Program-made: the position numbers and the translations under genes | Shown: piece after piece, positions 57,275 to 64,000 of the stretch | How the letters are laid out: each line of letters opens with the position of its first letter | How positions within the stretch are numbered: position 1 is the first letter of the stretch | Notes under the pieces: model-generated | Seen by the model: only the letters and a program-made list of their open reading frames with translations | Told to the model about the DNA's origin: nothing | Database searches by the model: none | From: an uncultured archaeon | GTDB taxonomy: Archaea > Thermoproteota > Nitrososphaeria > Nitrososphaerales > Gagatemarchaeaceae | DNA length: 64,000 bases | Direction of reading: 5' to 3' | Assembly: GCA_963817525.1 (NCBI GenBank) | Contig: CAWFOU010000007.1 | Location: 736,001-800,000, forward strand

Positions 57275-57395
57275 TAGCGAGGGGTGGAGTTTCAGAGGGA
57301 TATCCCTCCTTTGAACCACCGCTCTGCGGGTTATGAGCCCGCCGGGATAACCTTGCCCCTTCGGTCGGGAGAAGGTCTGGCTTCCCCACCTCGCT
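57275..57395 (-). tRNA. Initiator tRNA-Met(CAT) with two non-canonical introns (57352-57376 D-loop; 57289-57309 T-loop)
   Basis: A1-U72 acceptor AGCGAGG/CCTCGCT, anticodon arm GCGGG-CTCATAA-CCCGC; removing the 25-nt and 21-nt BHB-type introns gives a 75-nt cloverleaf with T loop TTCAAAT. Confidence 0.92.
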
Positions 57396-57467
57396 GAAAG
57401 AGGCGACGATTTCTGACCCTTATATCCTTCTCGCAGTCTTGGCGTTGTCAGGCTCGCGCGCTTCCGC

Positions 57468-58004
57468 TCACGGCTTGAGTATCATCGCTTCCGCGTCCCC
57501 GCCTACCGCCGCGTCGACGTCCTGCTTGAGCCGCCTGAGCCTCTGGACGTCGTGCCCCTTCTTGACGAAGCGCTTGACCTCCTCCTCGAAGGGCCTCGCC
57601 CTGTCCCCGTCGAGCATCTTGTCCGCGAAGCAGACGAGCTTCTGCTCGAGGGTCCTCGGGATGTAGTCCCCCGGCGGGAACCCCAGGGTCACCGCCTCCT
57701 CCGGCGAGATCCCCGCGCCTACGTGCCGCCTCACAATCTCCACGACGACCGGGTCGACGCCCTCCTTCTCCAATATCGCCGCGCCCACGTATCCGTGGCC
57801 CACGAGCTGGGTCCGGCTCCGCCCGATGTCGTGCAGCAGGGCTCCCGCGACCGCGGCCTCCCCGTTAACCAGGTTCCCGCGCTCGGCGGCCTTGTCAGAA
57901 AGCAGCCTCGAAATCCTGGCGCAGGCCTGGCAGTGGCCCACGACCCTTTCGTTGCTCCCGTACTTTTTGTGCAGCGCCAACGCCTGCCGCGCGTTGGGGA
58001 TCAT
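57468..58004 (-). CDS. HDIG-type HD-domain protein
   Basis: GALLHDIGRS, RRHVGAGI, PRTLEQKLVCFADK. Confidence 0.9.
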   Translation of the reverse strand: MIPNARQALALHKKYGSNERVVGHCQACARISRLLSDKAAERGNLVNGEAAVAGALLHDIGRSRTQLVGHGYVGAAILEKEGVDPVVVEIVRRHVGAGISPEEAVTLGFPPGDYIPRTLEQKLVCFADKMLDGDRARPFEEEVKRFVKKGHDVQRLRRLKQDVDAAVGGDAEAMILKP

Positions 58005-58034
58005 TCGCTCACTTTCTTGGGAGGGGCAGGGCGG

Positions 58035-58550
58035 TCACTTTGCTATCGTGATGTCTTCTTCCAGCTGGTTGATCTTCCATTTCAGGGCCTCCTTCAGCTC
58101 CGTGTTGTCTATCCTGTTGAGGGGCCTCTGGCAGGTGGGGCACTTGAAGAAGGTCTCCATCGCCTCCTCGAAGGTGCGGGTGACGCAGGTGGGAGTCCCG
58201 CAGAAGTAGAACTCCCTGGTCTCCTCGTGCTCCAGGCGCTGCTTCAGCCTGTTGAGTATCTTCTTCTTCTGGGTCTGGATGAACCCGTCCGTCTGGTCGC
58301 GCTGGGCCTTCCACCTGTAGACGAACCAGCCCCTCTTGGGGTCCCTGACCCTGACGCCGGAGATTAGGCTCCTCCCGAAGAGGTCGTAGAGGGCCTTCCT
58401 CACGGTCTTTATCTTGAGCCCGGTCGCGGAGGCAATCTCCTCGTCCGTGGCGTTCTCGTTGTTGAGCAGAGCCCTGGCTACCCTCACATAGTCGGGGCCC
58501 CCAATTAGGCCCGCGACCTTCACGAAAGTGTCCTCGTACTCTATTTTCAC
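58035..58550 (-). CDS. tfe: Transcription factor E alpha
   Basis: ATDEEIASATGL..VRKALYDL, GWFVYRW, FEEAME..FKCPTC. Confidence 0.93.
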   Translation of the reverse strand: MKIEYEDTFVKVAGLIGGPDYVRVARALLNNENATDEEIASATGLKIKTVRKALYDLFGRSLISGVRVRDPKRGWFVYRWKAQRDQTDGFIQTQKKKILNRLKQRLEHEETREFYFCGTPTCVTRTFEEAMETFFKCPTCQRPLNRIDNTELKEALKWKINQLEEDITIAK

Positions 58551-59077
58551 GTTTTCTGTTCTACCCGTTTTCCTTTAGCAGAAGGGATTATCCTTAGCTT
58601 ATAATCGCCGAACACCTTCTTAAGCTCTTCCCCCTTTTGCAGGTCGTGGATGGTGATCGCGAGGGCCGCCACCTCCGAGTGGGGCTGCGAGGTCACCGCG
58701 ACGTTGTAGTCCGCCGTCCTGTAGACCTCCCCGGGCACCTTGGGCCCCCCGACTGCGATGAGGAGGCTGTCGCGCTTCCTCAGCTCGCCAATCTCGTCCT
58801 GGAGCGGCGACCCGTACATGGTCAGGTGGACTATCACCCTCCCCTCGGCCTTGGCCTCCTGGAAGACAGGCTTCCACTTCGCCTCGACCAGGGAAAAGTC
58901 CCCGCCCCAGGTCCGGTTGACCTCCGCCACGGTTTCCTGGAGCTCCTTCTCGACCTCCTCGAGGTAGATGGACTCCGCCCCCAGCGCCCTGGAGACCAGG
59001 CAGAGGTGGGTGAGGGTGCGGTAGTCGCGGACGTATCGGTGCCCGACCCTGACGACCCTGACGCTCTTCAGGCCCAA
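58547..59077 (-). CDS. trm56: tRNA (cytidine56-2'-O)-methyltransferase
   Basis: RVGHR..RD.R.LTH, HLTMYG, KVP, QPHSEVAALA. Confidence 0.93.
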   Translation of the reverse strand: MGLKSVRVVRVGHRYVRDYRTLTHLCLVSRALGAESIYLEEVEKELQETVAEVNRTWGGDFSLVEAKWKPVFQEAKAEGRVIVHLTMYGSPLQDEIGELRKRDSLLIAVGGPKVPGEVYRTADYNVAVTSQPHSEVAALAITIHDLQKGEELKKVFGDYKLRIIPSAKGKRVEQKT

Positions 59078-59078
59078 C

Positions 59079-60176
59079 CTAGAGGGGCACCTTGCGCTCC
59101 AGCCCCTCCTCCTCGGCCACCTCGCTGAGCTTCAGGTCGGCGAGCCTCAGGAGGTTCTCCACCCCCTGCCCCGTCTTCGAGGAGACCTCCACGACGTCGA
59201 CCGGCCCCAGCTCCCTCTTCCTCTCCTCTATCAGCTCCGCTGGCGCGAGGTCGCACTTGTTGAGGACGAATATCGCCTTGGAGGGCTTCACCATCAGCTC
59301 CGTCAGGGCCTGGGCGGAGCTCTCGTAGCTCCGGATGAACTTCTCTTCGGACTGGCTGACGTCAAGGAGGAGGAAGACGGTGCTCGCGTACGAAATCTCC
59401 TCCAGCGTGGACTTGAACGACTCGACGAGGTACGCGGGGAGGTTGCTGATGAACCCGACCGTGTCCGTGAGGAGGGTCTTCCTGTCCCCGACCATCACCG
59501 CCCTCGTCGTGGGCGCGAGCGTGGTGAAGACCCCCGCGTCGACGCTCTTCGACTCGCCAGTGAGCAGGTTGAAGAGGCTGGTCTTCCCCGCCGCGGTGTA
59601 GCCCGCGAGGGCGATGGTCGGGAAGGCCAGCTTCCTCCGGTGCTCGCGGAAGATCTCCCTGCGCTTGGCCACGCCCTCGACCTTCTTCTTGAGCGTTGAG
59701 ATGCGGCTCTTCATCATCCTGGTGTACACGTCGGCCTCGTACTTGCCCAGGCCGAAGAACCCCGGCTGCTCGCGCTGCCTGGCCATGTTGACGCTCTCCC
59801 TCGCCCTGGGGAGCTCGTACTCGAGCTCCGCGAGCTGGACCTGCAGCTTGGCCTCCGCGGTGGAGGCCCTCATCGCGAATATCTCCAGGATGACCTTCTC
59901 CCTGTCCTTCACCTCCACCTTGCAGAGCTTGGCCAGCGCGTAGGCCTGCGAGGCCCTGAGGGCGGAGTCGAAGATGACCAGGTCGGCACCCTTCTCCTTC
60001 ACCTCCCCCGCCACCTCCTCGGCCTTGCCGCTTCCCACCCCGTACTTGGCGTGGTGGAGGAACCCCTGGGTCACGACGCCGACCGGCTCGTAGCCCGCGG
60101 CCTTGGCGAGGGCCTCCGCCTCCTCTATGGTGTCCCTATCGGGACGCGATACCAGCAGCGCCTTGTGGGTGCTCAG
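59079..60176 (-). CDS. hflX: GTPase HflX (probable CTG start)
   Basis: EAKLQVQLA, GYTAAGKTSLFN, FTTL, DTVGFI, NKCD; frame extends to a CTG overlapping the mbf1 TGA. Confidence 0.93.
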   Translation of the reverse strand: MSTHKALLVSRPDRDTIEEAEALAKAAGYEPVGVVTQGFLHHAKYGVGSGKAEEVAGEVKEKGADLVIFDSALRASQAYALAKLCKVEVKDREKVILEIFAMRASTAEAKLQVQLAELEYELPRARESVNMARQREQPGFFGLGKYEADVYTRMMKSRISTLKKKVEGVAKRREIFREHRRKLAFPTIALAGYTAAGKTSLFNLLTGESKSVDAGVFTTLAPTTRAVMVGDRKTLLTDTVGFISNLPAYLVESFKSTLEEISYASTVFLLLDVSQSEEKFIRSYESSAQALTELMVKPSKAIFVLNKCDLAPAELIEERKRELGPVDVVEVSSKTGQGVENLLRLADLKLSEVAEEEGLERKVPL

Positions 60177-60631
60177 ATTCCAGTCGGCCTGCCGCCCTCG
60201 AGCTCGGAGAGGGAGACTATCAGATTGATCTTTAGCTCGTGCATCAGCTTCCTGGTGAGCGTGGCGTCGGGCTTCAGCTTCTTCGACTCGACCATCTTGA
60301 TGACCGAGGGCTTCTCGTTTAGGAGCTTCCCGAGCTGCTCTTGGGAGAGGCCCAGCTTCTCCCTGGCCAACCTGATCATCAGGTGGTAGTCCGGGTCGAC
60401 GTCGTAATCCGACTCGACTGCGACCGCGACCGGCGCAGGCCTCGGCGCGCTGCTCCTCAGCCCCTTGAACACGGTCCTGGCTGGCATCGGCGCAGGCTTG
60501 AAGGGCGCCGGACCCACCTGCTTACCGAGCTTGGCGCAGTTGTTGCACACGACCATCACGGCCCCGTCTATCTCGACCCTGTTCGGAGAGGCGCGAAGAG
60601 GGGAACCGCACACCTCGCACGCGGCTTTCAT
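60173..60631 (-). CDS. mbf1: Archaeal multiprotein bridging factor aMBF1
   Basis: CEVCG...VCNNCAKLG plus HTH AREKLGLSQEQLG. Confidence 0.92.
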   Translation of the reverse strand: MKAACEVCGSPLRASPNRVEIDGAVMVVCNNCAKLGKQVGPAPFKPAPMPARTVFKGLRSSAPRPAPVAVAVESDYDVDPDYHLMIRLAREKLGLSQEQLGKLLNEKPSVIKMVESKKLKPDATLTRKLMHELKINLIVSLSELEGGRPTGI

Positions 60632-60718
60632 CTTGGCGTGTGCCCCCAGGCTCGCCTTAAAAGGTTCGCGCGAGGTCGCAGATTTTTAGGTGGGCTCCGC
60701 GGCACGGGCCTCCTCCAC

Positions 60719-61198
60719 ATGAGGCTACTCGACGGCGGGAAGCAGTTCTCCATCATGCTCGACTATGAGTTCGGCGTCGGGACGAGCCGGGCGCTCCCAA
60801 AGTCCGACCTGGAGTTCGTCTACTCGAAGCGCTCCGACAGGCTCAAGCAGGTCATGCACGACGGCAAGCTCTTCGCGACGATCAGGCCAAGCGGCGTCAT
60901 AGCCCCGACCTACTACGGGGCCACGGTCCTGATAAAGTCCAAGGCCTACGCGCAGAACTCCGTGGTCGTGGACCAGGCCGCCGTGGAGTTCGTGAGCGAG
61001 GGTAAGTCGGTCTTCTGCAAGTTCGTGAAGGGCGTGGGGAGGCACGTCCTCCCCTCGGGGGAGGTCGCCATCCTCGACCCCAAGGGCAGGGTGATAGCCG
61101 TCGGGAGGGCGAGGGTCCACGGGGACTATATGCGCCAGTTCAAGCACGGCGTGGCCGTCAAGACTAGGGGGAGCGCAAGGTCGTCATCCGAGGCCTGA
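60719..61198 (+). CDS. PUA-domain RNA-binding protein
   Basis: DYEFG, GKSVFCKFV, IAVGRA, GVAVKTR. Confidence 0.85.
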   Translation: MRLLDGGKQFSIMLDYEFGVGTSRALPKSDLEFVYSKRSDRLKQVMHDGKLFATIRPSGVIAPTYYGATVLIKSKAYAQNSVVVDQAAVEFVSEGKSVFCKFVKGVGRHVLPSGEVAILDPKGRVIAVGRARVHGDYMRQFKHGVAVKTRGSARSSSEA

Positions 61199-61261
61199 GC
61201 CCACCGCGCGAACGATGACTTTAAGGCTGGACTAACCTACAGCCGAGGTCAGGCGAGCAGG

Positions 61262-61600
61262 ATGGGAATGAAGATTAACGACAGGAACGCGCGCCGAATG
61301 ATGGAGCGCATGGGGATCAACCAGAAAGAGGTCCCTGACGTCGAGGAGGTAATCATCCGGACCCGCACCAAGGACATGGTCATCGCGGGCGCCTCCGTCT
61401 CCGAGGTCAACTTTCAGGGCAACCGCGTCTTCCAGGTGGCGGGAGAGGTTGAGGAGGTCGCCAGGGAGGTCAAGAAGTACTCCGACGACGACATCGTCCT
61501 GGTCCAGCAGCAGGCGAACGTCTCGCGGGAAAAAGCGCTCGCCGCGCTGGAACAGTCCGACGGCGAGGTGGCGAAGGCCATCATGCTCCTCACGTCCTAA
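61262..61600 (+). CDS. nac: Nascent polypeptide-associated complex protein
   Basis: RRMMERMGI, VEEVII, UBA-like DDIVLV.QQANVS..A..AL....G.VAKAI. Confidence 0.93.
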   Translation: MGMKINDRNARRMMERMGINQKEVPDVEEVIIRTRTKDMVIAGASVSEVNFQGNRVFQVAGEVEEVAREVKKYSDDDIVLVQQQANVSREKALAALEQSDGEVAKAIMLLTS

Positions 61601-61607
61601 GCAGCCG

Positions 61608-61916
61608 CTAGTCGCCGGTGTATCCTTCTGGCGCGTCGTACTTGCGCTCGGTCTTTTGGATCTCCGACCACTCGTGCCCGCAGTGCTTGCACTTGTAGGT
61701 GTACTGGAACTCGTCGATGTCCACGATGACCGGAGCGTCTTCGGTCAATGTGACCGGCATCGCCGGCCTGGCATAGAGGCTGGGGGCCGAGAGGTGCCCT
61801 TCGGGCTCGGTCTCGGAGAGGCTCTCCGAGTCCACCTCCTTCTTGCTGACGAGCTGGATCTGAAACCTCCGGCCGCAGGACGGGCAGTGGCGGAAGAAGG
61901 TCCTCGCGCCTGACAT
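61608..61916 (-). CDS. Zinc-ribbon protein with widely split CxxC pairs
   Basis: HCPSCG...YKCKHCGHEWSE. Confidence 0.7.
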   Translation of the reverse strand: MSGARTFFRHCPSCGRRFQIQLVSKKEVDSESLSETEPEGHLSAPSLYARPAMPVTLTEDAPVIVDIDEFQYTYKCKHCGHEWSEIQKTERKYDAPEGYTGD

Positions 61917-62063
61917 GCCTTCTGGAAAAATCCCTCGCCATTACTTATGCCTTGGGACCTCCGCTTCTCGCGGGCCCGGCGCCCGGAATTTGCGTCGAGG
62001 CTTACAATTTTGCAGATATGCATAAATACGGTTTGCCGAAGCAGCGGAAGCACAGAGACTCAA

Positions 62064-62288
62064 ATGGTAGCAGTCGATCCAGAACTTGCAATCGCGGCGG
62101 CTATTGTGATGGCCGGAGGTCTTATCGGGACTGGGCTCGCGCAGCAGGGGATTGGCGCTGCGGGCATGGGAATCATAGCGGAGAAGCCGGAGAAGTTCGG
62201 ACAGGTGCTGTTCTTCTTCGTGATCCCAGAGACCCTGTGGATCATCGGCTTCGTGCTTGGCATAATCCTACTCCTTAACATCCTGTAG
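62064..62288 (+). CDS. atpK: A/V-type ATPase proteolipid subunit K (c), single hairpin
   Basis: GLAQQGIGAAGMGIIAEKPE...VIPETLW. Confidence 0.93.
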   Translation: MVAVDPELAIAAAIVMAGGLIGTGLAQQGIGAAGMGIIAEKPEKFGQVLFFFVIPETLWIIGFVLGIILLLNIL

Positions 62289-62296
62289 AGACCGGT

Positions 62297-62863
62297 GTGA
62301 CCGAAGTGGCCGCAGAAGCCTTGCTCGGCGAGGTGGAGGAGAAGCGGAAGAAGACCATAGAGATGCTCGAGGCTGAGTACTCGGCGAAGAAGGACGAGGT
62401 CGCCAAGAAGGCCACAGAGCAAAGGTCCTACATCGTCGACTCCAGCAAGAAGCAGGCGGACTCCGTCTCGCAGAGGGAGAGGATCAGGATAGCCGGCGCC
62501 GCCAAGCTCAAGGCCAAGAAGATGGTCTTCGACGCCACGGAGAGGATGCTCGAGGCCAACGTGGAGGCCCTGAGGCAGGTCCTCGCGGACTTTGCTGACA
62601 CCGAGGACTACCAGGAGATGCTCCCCAAGATTGTCGCCTATGCCTCCAAGAGGCTCGGCGGGTCCATCAGCGTCAGGAGTAGGCAGGCCGACGCGGCCGT
62701 GCTCAAGAAGCTCGGCGTCAAGGTCGACTCCTCCGACCTGGCCAGCATGGGCGGGTTCAAGGCGACCAACCACGACGACACGCTGGAGCTCGACCTCACC
62801 TTCGAGGAGCTGCTTCGCAGCCGCGAAGACGAGGCGCGCGCCTCGATCCTAGGGAAGGAGTAG
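62297..62863 (+). CDS. atpE: A/V-type ATPase subunit E
   Basis: Coiled coil, MGGF, DLTFEELL; operon position. Confidence 0.85.
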   Translation: MTEVAAEALLGEVEEKRKKTIEMLEAEYSAKKDEVAKKATEQRSYIVDSSKKQADSVSQRERIRIAGAAKLKAKKMVFDATERMLEANVEALRQVLADFADTEDYQEMLPKIVAYASKRLGGSISVRSRQADAAVLKKLGVKVDSSDLASMGGFKATNHDDTLELDLTFEELLRSREDEARASILGKE

Positions 62864-62870
62864 TTGTAGC

Positions 62871-63938
62871 GTGCAGTCCTCCTACGCCGCGAGCTTCGGT
62901 GTCCTCAAGGTCATGTCGCTCAGCTTCCTGAGCAAGAACCAGCTCTTCGAGCTCGCGAAGGCGAAGGACGCGGCGGACATCGCCCAGCGCCTTGAGTCGA
63001 CCTGGTACGGGCCGGACATCGAGGCGGCCGAGTCCGCGTACAAGCCCCCGGAGTCGATAGAGATCGCCGTCAACCGACACCTCGTGAGCGTCAACAAGGC
63101 GGCCCTGCAGGCCGCGCCGGTCTTCGGGAAGAACGCCCTCCGGGCCTATCTCTCAAAGTGGGACATCGAGAACATCGAGCTCATAATCGCCGCAAAGAGC
63201 CTGGGGAGGACCCTCGAGCAGACCGAGACCTTCCTCGTCTCGTCCAGGAACGTGCCGGTCGGCCTCTCCTTCAACACCATCCCGCTCAGCGAGCTCCACG
63301 TCCTCCTCCAGCAGCCCGACGTCGAGACGGTGATCAACTACCTGGTCAAGTTCGGCTACGGCGCGGTCCTCCTCCAGCAGCTTGGGGAGTTCAGGAAGTC
63401 AGGTGACCTCGGCGTCTTCACGGTCGCCCTCCAGACGTTGTACTACTCGCGCCTTTTCCAGGAGCTCAGGTTCCTCCAGGGGGACGAGGGGGTCCTGCGC
63501 GATTACTTCCGGACGGAGATCACGAAGAGGAACCTCCTCAACCTGCTGAAGGCCAAGGAGTCGAACCTCAGCAGGGAGACCTTCGCCAAGCACCTTATCG
63601 ACGGTGGGCTGATCAACCAGGCCGGGATTCTCGACGCCTACACCTCGCCCGAGATGGGAGACGTCGCGAAGAAGCTCGAGCCCTGGTTCGACCTCAGCGA
63701 GCCCCTGGAGAAGTACAAGCAGAGCCACGACCTCACCGAGTTCGAGGTGAGCATGGACAGGCTCGTGGTCGCCAAGTACCTCCCCAAGTTCCACAGCCTC
63801 GCGATATCCCTAACAGCGGTCTTCGCCTTCGTCCTTCAGGCGGAGTTCGAGAGGCAGAACATCAGGCGGATAACCTACGCCAGGCAGTATGGGATGACCG
63901 AAGAATACATAAAGTCAATAATTCTTGCGGGTAATTGA
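62871..63938 (+). CDS. atpC: A/V-type ATPase subunit C
   Basis: KWDIENI, EITKRNL, GGLI, ERQNIRRI. Confidence 0.88.
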   Translation: MQSSYAASFGVLKVMSLSFLSKNQLFELAKAKDAADIAQRLESTWYGPDIEAAESAYKPPESIEIAVNRHLVSVNKAALQAAPVFGKNALRAYLSKWDIENIELIIAAKSLGRTLEQTETFLVSSRNVPVGLSFNTIPLSELHVLLQQPDVETVINYLVKFGYGAVLLQQLGEFRKSGDLGVFTVALQTLYYSRLFQELRFLQGDEGVLRDYFRTEITKRNLLNLLKAKESNLSRETFAKHLIDGGLINQAGILDAYTSPEMGDVAKKLEPWFDLSEPLEKYKQSHDLTEFEVSMDRLVVAKYLPKFHSLAISLTAVFAFVLQAEFERQNIRRITYARQYGMTEEYIKSIILAGN

Positions 63939-63940
63939 AC

Positions 63941-64000
63941 TTGAGTGGAAAACTAACCGCGCACAGCGGCAAGATAGCAGTGGTCGGGGATCGCGAGCTG
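63941..64000 (+). CDS. atpF: A/V-type ATPase subunit F (partial)
   Basis: MSGKLTAHSGKIAVVGDREL, runs off the window. Confidence 0.8.
   Translation, partial: MSGKLTAHSGKIAVVGDREL

Noticed and set aside
56786-57309. LAGLIDADG as part of one giant tRNA intron spliced to the distal 3' exon
   Set aside because: The distal exon lacks the TGAA-NNN half of the BHB, the ORF is antisense to the tRNA, and the proximal exon already forms a strict BHB.
58540-58640. AT-rich patches inside gene ends (trm56; similarly the rps19e end and alaS ~21110-21260) as insertions
   Set aside because: Reading frames are intact; internal promoters or local recombination explain them, and no boundaries are visible.
1-64000. 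CRISPR array or cas genes
   Set aside because: No regularly spaced repeats and no Cas-like ORFs seen.

Overview
GC-rich archaeal chromosome segment, most consistent with a Nitrososphaerota (thaumarchaeal) lineage. That call is inferred from rpl12 sitting divergent to alaS-leuS, no rplX between eif6 and pfdA, tRNAs with non-canonical D-/T-loop BHB introns, and a Thermoplasmatales-like atpK-E-C-F operon. The backbone is housekeeping: nep1-rpp21-rps19e-PDCD5-rpl39e-rpl31e-eif6-pfdA-ftsY, ogt, dtdA, secE-spt5, rpl11-rpl1-rpl10, rpl12, alaS, leuS, alaX, nre, rad50-mre11, RNase P RNA, tsr3, tiaS, a MutS-like ATPase pair, aquaporin, fluoride riboswitch-crcB-DUF190, tfe-trm56-hflX-mbf1, nac and the start of an A/V-type ATPase operon. 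Accessory patches comprise a SWIM/DDE transposase region, an integrase-less MFS/HxlR islet at tRNA-Gly, a duplicated surface-protein gene carrying a copy of the spt5 3' end, a family of modular exoproteins with a hicBA pair, and three free-standing endonuclease genes. Three observations stand out. (1) A lone LAGLIDADG gene abuts a two-intron initiator tRNA-Met and is bracketed by an exact duplicate of the tRNA's post-intron 3' exon, suggesting endonuclease-linked tRNA intron/3'-end replacement. (2) A tightly coupled operon encodes a degenerate HerA/VirB4-like protein, a RadA-paralog ATPase and a membrane protein, under a perfect palindrome shared with a divergent wHTH gene. (3) A second LAGLIDADG gene sits next to an Lrp-family gene whose 5' half has foreign codon usage. 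All calls come from reading the sequence by eye; no database searches were run.
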